45,937 nt of DNA from Oligoflexales bacterium (GTDB lineage: Bacteria; Bdellovibrionota_B; Oligoflexia; Oligoflexales; CAIYRB01): positions 1 to 45,937 of the forward strand of contig JBGSUI010000061.1 in assembly GCA_041736175.1 (NCBI GenBank). Direction: 5' to 3'. Below are positions 1-7,816 of this stretch, one piece after another (position 1 is the stretch's first letter; each line of letters starts with the position of its first letter). Under the pieces are notes generated by a model. It worked only from the letters and a program-made list of their open reading frames with translations, was not told where the DNA came from and ran no database searches. A program made the translations under genes and the position numbers.

Positions 1-227
1 TTTGGGGCTTACAAAACGGTTTCTATATGAGCCTCTGCAGCCAATTTGCTCATTTTTCCCGCTCAGATCGAATCAAGCCGCCCCATAAACAAATTTGCCG
101 CTTCGAGTGAAGTTTTTAAAAAAGACCGCAGACTCCGAGCGAAATGGACTTTTACAACCCATGGTATAACTTTTTTCGACAAGGTCTCGACGCCCCAAAG
201 CGTCCTAAATGAGCGAGAAAAACAACG

Positions 228-1310
228 ATGATATCAAATGAAGCCCTCTCAAGAATACTTGCGCTCCCAAAAAATTGTGACGCCTCCGAAACGACCTCTG
301 ATATACGCGTGCTCCTGCGCCGGCAGTTTCAAAAAGCTGTTGAGCTCCATCAAAAAGAGCACGATATGGTGCTTGATTCAATGAGGGTACTCTATCAGCT
401 TGACCGACAAAACGCTGCTGGGAACCTCGGGCTCACCCGGGATCAATATATCGAAGCACTGGGACTTTCGCCCGACGTCTACTGGAAGAGACTCCAGGCA
501 GCCAAGGTCCTCGCCTATTTTCCCGCATTCGTGGAGTTATTCAAGACGGGACAAACCCATGTTTCGCAACTTGCTATGGTATTGGGTAAAATCACCGCAG
601 CGAATGCCGACCTTATTTTAGAGGGCATCAGAAATAAAACCAAAAGGGAGTGCGAGGCTTTTCTCTCGAGGGTCACTTTCGAAGGGACCCTGTTGCCAGG
701 ACAAGAGACCATTCAAATCACACTGACTTTAACTTTAGAGGAGATGGCTCTTTTGGACCGTGCCCGCGAGGTTTTGAACCATGGAGCGGGGGGCGGCCAT
801 GTACCAAAGAATGCCGAGGTGGTAATCAGTGCCTTAGGGGATCTCCTTGAACACCGTAATCCTTTGCGCAAGGCTGAAAGGGCCAAGCAGAGACAAGAAA
901 AGAAGGAGCAGGGGAAGAGCTCTGACAAGGGTGTCGCCCCGGGACGAACGCCGACCGAGATAGTGGTCCCGGTAACATCGGTCCCGGTAACATCGGTCCC
1001 GGATTCAGCGACTCCAGAGGGAACACCTTCTGGGAAAAAACACCGATCTCAAATTCCCATGGCCGTTCGCCACGAGGTTTGGTCCCGGGACGATGGCCGC
1101 TGCACTTGGACGGAGGTAGACGGGAGTCGTTGCAAGGAAAAGTTTAACTTAGAGCTTGATCATGTCCAGACGATGCACTGTCATGGGGGTACCCACGACG
1201 TAGAAAATCTTGCCCTTACCTGCCGGCGCCACAATCAACTTTCGGCAAGGGAAAAGCTAGGAGAAGAGTTCTACGCAAAAAAGAGGCAGGAGTGGGACCT
1301 AACTCTCTAG
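228..1310 (+). CDS. HNH endonuclease domain protein (DUF222/REP13E12-like architecture: helical N-terminus, low-complexity linker, C-terminal Zn-binding HNH)
   Basis: C-terminal VRHEVWSRDDGRC...C...LELDH...HGG...VENLALTCRRHN is a canonical HNH motif; ATG start. Confidence 0.85.
   Translation: MISNEALSRILALPKNCDASETTSDIRVLLRRQFQKAVELHQKEHDMVLDSMRVLYQLDRQNAAGNLGLTRDQYIEALGLSPDVYWKRLQAAKVLAYFPAFVELFKTGQTHVSQLAMVLGKITAANADLILEGIRNKTKRECEAFLSRVTFEGTLLPGQETIQITLTLTLEEMALLDRAREVLNHGAGGGHVPKNAEVVISALGDLLEHRNPLRKAERAKQRQEKKEQGKSSDKGVAPGRTPTEIVVPVTSVPVTSVPDSATPEGTPSGKKHRSQIPMAVRHEVWSRDDGRCTWTEVDGSRCKEKFNLELDHVQTMHCHGGTHDVENLALTCRRHNQLSAREKLGEEFYAKKRQEWDLTL
965..1002 (+). repeat. 15-bp tandem repeat (GGTCCCGGTAACATC x2.5) in the HNH gene linker, encoding VPVTS-VPVTS-VP
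   Basis: Exact direct repeat visible in the sequence; frame-preserving. Confidence 0.9.
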
Positions 1311-1367
1311 AGGGCCCGTCGGAGCGGACGACTCGGAGTGACTTTTGGCCGACGCTAGAGTCGAAGC

Positions 1368-1488
1368 CCCCTGAAGCACTGATCACCACCTCGACATTCT
1401 TTGGTACATGGCCACCATGGGGCATGACCTCGCGGGCACGGTCCAAAAGAGCCTTCTCGGCTAAGGATCAAGGTGTTAAAGTCAGTGT
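1368..1488 (-). repeat. Inverted, diverged partial copy of the HNH gene segment 720-840
   Basis: Reverse complement reads ACACTGACTTTAAC...GGCTCTTTTGGACCGTGCCCGCGAGGT...GGCCATGTACCAAAGAATGtCGAGGTGGTgATCAGTGC, matching 720-840; translation DRAREVMPHGGHVPKNVEVVISA vs DRAREVLNHGAGGGHVPKNAEVVISA. Confidence 0.9.
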
Positions 1489-1558
1489 ACATTCATTGAT
1501 AAATTAGATTCTGTAGGTGACAAGACATTGCAAGTAATTCTCGATGCTAAACTCAAAA

Positions 1559-2902
1559 TTATCTGTTGTTGTCCAACCACTCAAAAAACTTCAGTACACT
1601 CATATGCTTTACGCCTTTTAGGGGCGATTTTATCTCCTCGTCTAAGGACACTACGATTTTTGGTACATCCCACGAGACAGCACCTAGATTGCCGAATTCA
1701 CGATCCCACATGGATCCGTTTTCCTCGAAACTTCCAAGTTGCCAGCATATCTGAACCAGTGCTTCTATTCGGGAATTTTTAATCCAAAAATCAATCTCAA
1801 GATTTTTATTGCGATACCCTAAAAATCGTTTAATCTTGAAATTGCGACGATTGATTTCTAAGTAAACCATATTCTCAAGAAGTCGTCCTTTGGAAACTCC
1901 CGAATCATGATGGGCAAAACATAAATCGCTTAAATAAATCTTGTCAACTTTTTGTTTTAAAACATCCTTGGTTCGGTAGGAGTAGGTTTGAGGGCAATAG
2001 AGAAAATAGGCGTCCACCATATACTGTAAATAGGTTTCTGCCAAAGTTGTTGACTTGCGGTTGGCTTTAGGATTTTGCGGAATCGAAAGGCGGCCATTGA
2101 TCTCATTTTGGATCTTTGCCAGCGACAAATCTTGGCCATAGGACTGCCGGCAATAATCGATAAGTGAAAATAATACTAGGGGATTGCTAGGATTGTAGCG
2201 TTCCACTATGTCATTTTTAACAATTGAGTTGACGATATCCCCTACTAACTGCGCTCGTAATTCAGAGTTTTTTAGTTTGAGGACTTCCGGTAGACCCCCG
2301 TCGAAAAGATAGGACTCAATTGACTTAAGATTCAGATCTTGGTTCGTAAAACGACAGTACTCACTCCATGAAAATGGAAAAATAGGTAAACTGGTAAAGC
2401 GCCCACCAAGTTTCGTAGAAAGATCTTTTGATAAGAGGGAACTGTTCGATCCAGTCATAATGATTCGACAAGGAAATTTGGGATCTTCAAAGATTGAGGC
2501 TACATTTTCGTCCCAATGTTCTAAGAGATGTACCTCGTCAAGAAGGAGGTAACTCCGCTTATTTTTATTGACGAGATCTTTCATCCACCAATCTATGATT
2601 TGGGCAAAGATTTTTTCGTCCTGAAGGACTTTAAGCGGTCTTAAGAAAAAATTGATATAAAGAATATTATGGGGTGGAATTCCTTCAGCCCATAGTTGCT
2701 CAATGTACTGCCGGACAATAACGCTTTTACCGCAACGTCTTTGACCCATGATGCATGTCATGAGATTGGAGCTGTCGAGGGCAGATAGACCAGCGAGTGG
2801 ATCAAGGCGTGGGAGATTCTGGTCCGGTAGTAGCGCAGATTGGGAGTCTATGTGCCAAAAGGAGCGCTCTGTTAGTTCTATTTTTATATTTTCTATAGTC
2901 AT
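1559..2902 (-). CDS. ATP-binding protein, AAA_14 + DUF4143 family
   Basis: Walker A GQRRCGKS, Walker B LLLDEVH, MTGSNS, GGLPE, KIYLSD, LENMVY, EIDF. Confidence 0.9.
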   Translation of the reverse strand: MTIENIKIELTERSFWHIDSQSALLPDQNLPRLDPLAGLSALDSSNLMTCIMGQRRCGKSVIVRQYIEQLWAEGIPPHNILYINFFLRPLKVLQDEKIFAQIIDWWMKDLVNKNKRSYLLLDEVHLLEHWDENVASIFEDPKFPCRIIMTGSNSSLLSKDLSTKLGGRFTSLPIFPFSWSEYCRFTNQDLNLKSIESYLFDGGLPEVLKLKNSELRAQLVGDIVNSIVKNDIVERYNPSNPLVLFSLIDYCRQSYGQDLSLAKIQNEINGRLSIPQNPKANRKSTTLAETYLQYMVDAYFLYCPQTYSYRTKDVLKQKVDKIYLSDLCFAHHDSGVSKGRLLENMVYLEINRRNFKIKRFLGYRNKNLEIDFWIKNSRIEALVQICWQLGSFEENGSMWDREFGNLGAVSWDVPKIVVSLDEEIKSPLKGVKHMSVLKFFEWLDNNR

Positions 2903-2905
2903 TTT

Positions 2906-3036
2906 ATATTCTTATGTGTAAATATGCAGAAAACGAGGTGGTAACAATATTTGCATGGTGATCATGCGTAAATTTGTCCCAACTCAATAATTGCATAATC
3001 TTTATGCAAAAATCAATGCCATCTCTAACTTTGCAT
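2906..3036. promoter_or_regulatory. Degenerate 40-bp-period tandem array of TTGCAT-N7-ATGC(AA) palindromes upstream of the AAA_14 ATPase
   Basis: TTGCAT at 2951, 2991, 3031; ATGC at 2924, 2964, 3004; the copy at 2991-3009 is a perfect 8-3-8 palindrome TTGCATAA-TCT-TTATGCAA. Confidence 0.7.
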
Positions 3037-3186
3037 CAAAGGGACTCTTTTCGGGGAATCAAAAGGCCCCGGACACCAAAAATGATACGCTCCCCTTGAA
3101 ACCCCGCTTTGTGACGACCAGGCACGGGCAGCGGATGGCTGAAGGACTCTATGATAAACGGATGCCGGCGATTATAGGCATAGGCT

Positions 3187-3762
3187 CTAGGACGCTCGCA
3201 ATACATATTCCAACTCGTGGCGCACCATCTCGCTATGTTTCTTCAATGCTACTGCAACACGACCGAGAATCTCGGCAGCAGCTTGCGCCATGGACATATC
3301 GGCGAGGCGGGCGAACGACTCTAGGTCAACGTACAGGCGACCGTTCAACCGAAACGCCTTTTCCTTGACCCCCTTCTCCAGGAACCCACTTCCTTTCTCT
3401 GCAGCGTACAGGTGCTCAATGGTCTCCGCCACCTCAGCGCTCCTGCTGTTGGCAATCTTTTGCATAAAAACGTTTAGCGCTGCCCGCAGGACAAAGGACA
3501 CATCCCCCTTACCGACATGGAGGGAGTAGTCACTGAATGTCTTGTAAACGGCAGCAGATACCTTTACTTTTTGCACTTTAAATTTATCGGCTTTCTGTTT
3601 TGAAAGCCAAATTCCAAACTCTTTTTCAAGGTCTTGGTTCCAATATTCTGCACCACATTTGGCGCAGACCTGTGCGCTATACCTGAAAACCTCATTGGCA
3701 ACCTGCTTCATCCGGCGCCCGGTCTTCAAGGTTTCATGTTCACATTTTTCCCTTGTGGTCAT
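3187..3762 (-). CDS. Putative antitoxin: MqsA/YgiT-like Zn-ribbon N-terminus plus two ribbon-helix-helix-like modules
   Basis: ATG at 3762 with GGAG RBS; CEHE...AQVCAKCGAEYWN Zn ribbon; segments KVQKVKVSAAVYKTF...VSFVLRAAL and KAFRLNGRLYVDLESFA...MSMAQAAAEIL resemble RHH; ATGA overlap with the upstream ORF. Confidence 0.55.
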   Translation of the reverse strand: MTTREKCEHETLKTGRRMKQVANEVFRYSAQVCAKCGAEYWNQDLEKEFGIWLSKQKADKFKVQKVKVSAAVYKTFSDYSLHVGKGDVSFVLRAALNVFMQKIANSRSAEVAETIEHLYAAEKGSGFLEKGVKEKAFRLNGRLYVDLESFARLADMSMAQAAAEILGRVAVALKKHSEMVRHELEYVLRAS

Positions 3763-3980
3763 AGTTTTCTCCGGAAACTTTGAATTTCGACCCCTTGGGG
3801 GATTGCTGATCCCTTCGGTGAAAAAAAGCCTTTGCAATAAAACGTTTTTGTTCCCACAATTGTCATCCAGAATTTTTGCGTATCACAAATAGGATACATC
3901 ATGATAGATTGGGAAATCAACCCGTTTTTTTCTAAGTCTGTGTCAGACAGAGGCCACTCCCGGAGTCCCAACCTAGGCAA
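3759..3980 (-). CDS. Putative MqsR-like toxin (short, possibly N-terminally truncated)
   Basis: Stop overlaps the antitoxin start (ATGA); C-terminus FYCKG...VEIQSFRRK resembles the MqsR C-terminal pattern (YLK...VSFKEK); TTG start only, in-frame TAA at 4014-4016. Confidence 0.4.
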   Translation of the reverse strand: MPRLGLREWPLSDTDLEKNGLISQSIMMYPICDTQKFWMTIVGTKTFYCKGFFSPKGSAIPQGVEIQSFRRKL

Positions 3981-4279
3981 AATCTCGCTGCCCCACCGAA
4001 ACGCCCCAAAATCTTAAGGCACTGGCTAAAGTTTAGACACCCCAGATGACAAACCATGCCAAAAGGGACGGGAGCCCATTGGCTGTTAACATACCCAAAG
4101 AGACGAGGCCTTAGTCGAGGTTCCTCAGCTCCTTGTAGGTGGCCTCGCTTTTGCAGATAGCCTAGCTCAGAGGGACATTTGTTTGGAGATTTCTAGGTGA
4201 TTTTATCAGTGTAAAAGACATAAACAAAATAAAATAATCTTTTTATTTTGGGTATTTAAGCGGAGTAAGGTGATCCTTT

Positions 4280-5332
4280 ATGGCAAAAAAACTAATATTT
4301 TTAGGAGTGATGCTTTTATCCTCATGTGTCAAAAAAAGCCACGAGGTGAGTGATCCTAAGACGTCCCAGGCCACGGGACAGGGGATAGAGTCCAAACTGA
4401 TATTTTTTTGGAACAATATCAGAAACCTTGGAAATTCCTCTGAAGGAGTATCCTTGCAGACCTTTCCTATTGATGTTTCGTCCCATGGCGACATAACCAA
4501 GGAGGCACAAAAAGCCACGTTTACCCTAAAAAAGACGGCACCAGCAGATAGTACCTGGTCGGTTTCTTTTGAAATCGATCGAGACCAAGGCCGTTACCAA
4601 AATGTTACGATATATATTAAAAAATCACCTCAAGGCAATGGCCCCGATCTCTATGCTGAGTGGGGAAACCGGGATGAGGTCACGCAAATATGGTTTGAAT
4701 CAGCCATGAAAAATCGAGATTTTTTAACATCAGAAGCTTTTTTGCCGCTGTACGCGATTTTGAAAGAGGCTGCCTGGGTGAGTCTGGATAAGGACTTAAG
4801 AGATTATTTGGATGCCCTTGGGCTTTTAGGACCCCAAGAGGTAGCGCCTTTTCCTAAAGAGAAGGACGAGAACAAGATGTCCTTGGTGACCATTTCAGAC
4901 TTTAGCGGAAAAGGATTAAGATGGAAAGCGAGTGAGGCCGAGTGGTATCGCCAGCCAAGGCTGGAATGGCGAGGGTTTTTCTGTGCTTTAGTGATGTCAG
5001 CGACACTATCGATCGATCTAGTCCCGCTCTCTAAAAACCCACAACTGACCCGAGGACAAGGTCCGTGGCGTCTTGATATCTGGGATCATTTCTACTTGTT
5101 CGTCATACCTTTCAACAAAGAAAAACATGGGAGTTTTTACTTAGAAAATGGCGACTGTTCCCTATATTCTGGGGTGCGTGAAACCCGCTACCAGCGAGGA
5201 TCCCCTGGTCACCCCGGGTGTATAAGGAAGATCACGCTTATGATCATGGAGTCTGAGGCGAAATCGAAAATGACGGTAGGTAACGATGACCGAGTCTTGG
5301 ACTATTTCAATCGAGTGACATCGTCTTTGTGA
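4280..5332 (+). CDS. Hypothetical lipoprotein
   Basis: 350-aa ORF; signal MAKKLIFLGVMLLSS-C with lipobox; AAGGTG RBS. Confidence 0.75.
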   Translation: MAKKLIFLGVMLLSSCVKKSHEVSDPKTSQATGQGIESKLIFFWNNIRNLGNSSEGVSLQTFPIDVSSHGDITKEAQKATFTLKKTAPADSTWSVSFEIDRDQGRYQNVTIYIKKSPQGNGPDLYAEWGNRDEVTQIWFESAMKNRDFLTSEAFLPLYAILKEAAWVSLDKDLRDYLDALGLLGPQEVAPFPKEKDENKMSLVTISDFSGKGLRWKASEAEWYRQPRLEWRGFFCALVMSATLSIDLVPLSKNPQLTRGQGPWRLDIWDHFYLFVIPFNKEKHGSFYLENGDCSLYSGVRETRYQRGSPGHPGCIRKITLMIMESEAKSKMTVGNDDRVLDYFNRVTSSL

Positions 5333-5436
5333 TTTTGACTCAATTAACAGGAATTAAAAAAATTTATAAATAACAGGATCAACCTTTGAATCGCGACGAT
5401 AAACAACAGATCTTTGAATTTCCTAAGGGAGCAAAA

Positions 5437-6924
5437 GTGCGCTTGCAAAGCAGCGCCCTTCTCGTCCTAATCGGGTTAGCCACGGGTAGTATGGCCTGCC
5501 GCAAGGGGATCTCACCTGAGTTACAGGCTGACGCTCTGGTGGCTCAGGGGTCGCTACAGCCGGCAAAAGATGAAGACATTTTGGGGTGTTCCCTTGATAC
5601 CTTGCCTAAAATCGTCAATTTTGGGGACTCAAAGATCAGCCGTGCTTATTACAATGGAACCCCTTGTCAAAGGCGGGCCATGATCGTCTTAGGGGAGACG
5701 GCTAGTATTAATACCGAATCCACGACAGGCAGGCCATTTGCAGAGAGTCTAATGCCCCGTATCGTCAAATATATTAAAGTTTCATCAGAAAAAATACGGG
5801 TGAAGGTCAATCAATTTGACGGAAAAAAATGGGTGGAAGTCACTGATGAGCCATTAGCGACCGATATATTGAAACAAGGTTTAGTTTATAAAAGAGGCGA
5901 CATGATCTATGTCCCTGTCCACCAAGAGACAACGGCCTACCATCCCCTGCTCCAAGAACTTTTAAAAAGCGGCGGGGCAAAGATAGTGTTGCCTTCGGAG
6001 TTGCCAGCGGAAAATAAGGGCAAATCGATTTTGGCGACCATGTCCCGGTCTCTATCGGTGTTTGAGAGAAAATCAGATAAGTTAGCCTCGGTTAAGCTAG
6101 GCACGAATGTGGTGCATGGAAAAAAACAAGATAATAAACTCATTGATGTATACAATGACTTGCGAGACCTTGCAAGCGTGGCGCAAAAAACATCCATTCC
6201 GGAGCGGATAAAGCGGGAAGGTGTCACCTATCTGGCGGATCGCTACGGAATTGTTATTGAGTCCCGATCAGTGGAACCAGGCAAGGCGGCGCAGCGTCCC
6301 TATGGAATCGCGATCAGAGACTACCAAGAGATACTCAAGGATCAGGAGCACATTTATATCTCTTCTCACCGATTTAAATTAGCCAGTGCTGATGCCTTTG
6401 GAAACCGAACGATTCCCATCACCTGGGACCGCAGTATGCAAATGAATCCCCAGGATTTTACCCTGATTCTCCAACAAATCAACGAAAGTATGGGCAAGGC
6501 CGTGGCGATTCACAATGCCAATGGCTATTTAACGCCAGATTTTCACGGCCAAAATATAATCGTAGGACTCCCACTTGTGCGTACCAAAAGGTCCAAGCTT
6601 GTGATCCGTGACGTCGCTGATGTCTGTCCCACAGAATTTGCACGCAAGCTTTCTTGCTATCCATGCCTCTCCGTCGTCAATGCGGCTGGATGGCCTCAGG
6701 TTTTACAAGATGCTGCGGTGGGGGTGCACCGGCTTGCCTATGCCAGTATGATGCTTAAGCTCGGATTTATGAGGTCTACAATCGACTGGGGACAGATCCA
6801 TCGTGAAAACTCTCTTGAGGATCTTTGGGTTAGTACCATCGACAGAAACCCACAGGACTACTGGAGGGACGTGGCCATCCTACGCTCCATGGAACAGTGT
6901 GCTATACCGTCCAGAGATCCATGA
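5437..6924 (+). CDS. Lipoprotein with IucA/IucC (NIS synthetase)-like catalytic motifs
   Basis: GTG start after AGGGAG; lipobox ...LATGSMA-C; motifs in order YVPVH, TMSRSL, VKL, DFHGQNIIV, LVIRD; ORF is open from 5386. Confidence 0.55.
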   Translation: MRLQSSALLVLIGLATGSMACRKGISPELQADALVAQGSLQPAKDEDILGCSLDTLPKIVNFGDSKISRAYYNGTPCQRRAMIVLGETASINTESTTGRPFAESLMPRIVKYIKVSSEKIRVKVNQFDGKKWVEVTDEPLATDILKQGLVYKRGDMIYVPVHQETTAYHPLLQELLKSGGAKIVLPSELPAENKGKSILATMSRSLSVFERKSDKLASVKLGTNVVHGKKQDNKLIDVYNDLRDLASVAQKTSIPERIKREGVTYLADRYGIVIESRSVEPGKAAQRPYGIAIRDYQEILKDQEHIYISSHRFKLASADAFGNRTIPITWDRSMQMNPQDFTLILQQINESMGKAVAIHNANGYLTPDFHGQNIIVGLPLVRTKRSKLVIRDVADVCPTEFARKLSCYPCLSVVNAAGWPQVLQDAAVGVHRLAYASMMLKLGFMRSTIDWGQIHRENSLEDLWVSTIDRNPQDYWRDVAILRSMEQCAIPSRDP

Positions 6925-7011
6925 CCTTGGGGGATCCTGCGGATTGCCCCGACATCTCTCGGATGTGGAGACAACATCGTTTTGTGATGCTTTGTCTTGG
7001 TCGGTGCTTTT

Positions 7012-7710
7012 TTAGGTCTTATTGTGACCTTTAAAACAAGTCATCACATCTTCTTTAGTAAAATATTTGGCGTTGCAGATGTCGCAAACATAGCGGGCAC
7101 CATCCCGGTAAAAACCATGATCCTTTTCTTTTTTCTGTTTTGGTTCTTTATCTTCTGATTTTTGGGAGTCCTCTGTAGATGGAGCGAGTGCCGGTGTTGA
7201 TAGCTCTCCCAGAGGTGTTGCATCCGCATGGATCGGCCCAATAGGCTCATTTGACTGGGGGCCAGACTCATCCGGTTCGGTGATTTCTTTTTCGCGAGCC
7301 TCGGAGGCTCCGGACTGAGTGGAAGGGCGTGTAGCTGCAAGGAAAGCCATCTTAGGTCTGGCCTTGGGGACAAATTTTTTCCGTTGGGGAGGCGTATAGT
7401 CAAAGAGAGACCACTCTTTGTCAAAATTTTGCGATAAACCCGTCCTACATTGGCTACTACAGGAGGTTGCCTCGCCGAAGCTTCCATAGTCCCGGGCGCA
7501 GTATCGACAGCGATACATCCAGCGCACATAGGATCGCCGCATCACGACCGGAACTAGCGTCTGAAAATGGTTCCAGCATTCATGGAGACAGTCCATAGCG
7601 TGGTTTAGTTGAGGATATTCATCTTGGCAAATACCACAAATAAACTGACCATTCTTTCGAATCACCCGTTTGATGGGACCTACTAATAGCGACGCATTTC
7701 TTTGCGGCAT
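7012..7710 (-). CDS. Three-zinc-finger protein (CX2CX12CX3C/H)
   Basis: CGIC-x12-CLHEC, CRYC-x12-CSSQC, CDIC-x12-CFKGH; GGAGG RBS. Confidence 0.75.
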   Translation of the reverse strand: MPQRNASLLVGPIKRVIRKNGQFICGICQDEYPQLNHAMDCLHECWNHFQTLVPVVMRRSYVRWMYRCRYCARDYGSFGEATSCSSQCRTGLSQNFDKEWSLFDYTPPQRKKFVPKARPKMAFLAATRPSTQSGASEAREKEITEPDESGPQSNEPIGPIHADATPLGELSTPALAPSTEDSQKSEDKEPKQKKEKDHGFYRDGARYVCDICNAKYFTKEDVMTCFKGHNKT

Positions 7711-7728
7711 TCAAACCTCCGACTCTCC

Positions 7729-7756
7729 CTATCGGAACAAACAGGATTGTGCTATA
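7729..7756 (-). promoter_or_regulatory. sigma28/FliA-like promoter of the zinc-finger gene
   Basis: Minus strand TATAG-N15-TCCGATAG, ending 18 bp before the ATG. Confidence 0.4.
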
Positions 7757-7816
7757 TTGGTTTATAAACAATCTTTTTAAATCATTAAAATCTATAGGTT
7801 ATAGAGGTAACATCCC

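Noticed and set aside
46..231. 61-aa ORF overlapping the HNH start (ATGA)
   Set aside because: TTG start without a clear RBS and no motif; the region contains a promoter-like TGGTATAAC, so it is more likely the HNH leader
720..1488. DGR template/variable repeat interpretation of the duplicated HNH segment
   Set aside because: No reverse transcriptase in the window; differences include indels and non-adenine changes
3005..3020. sigma54-like TGGCAT-TGATTT-TTGCA upstream of the first ATPase
   Set aside because: Spacer is one base too long for -24/-12; better explained as part of the 40-bp array
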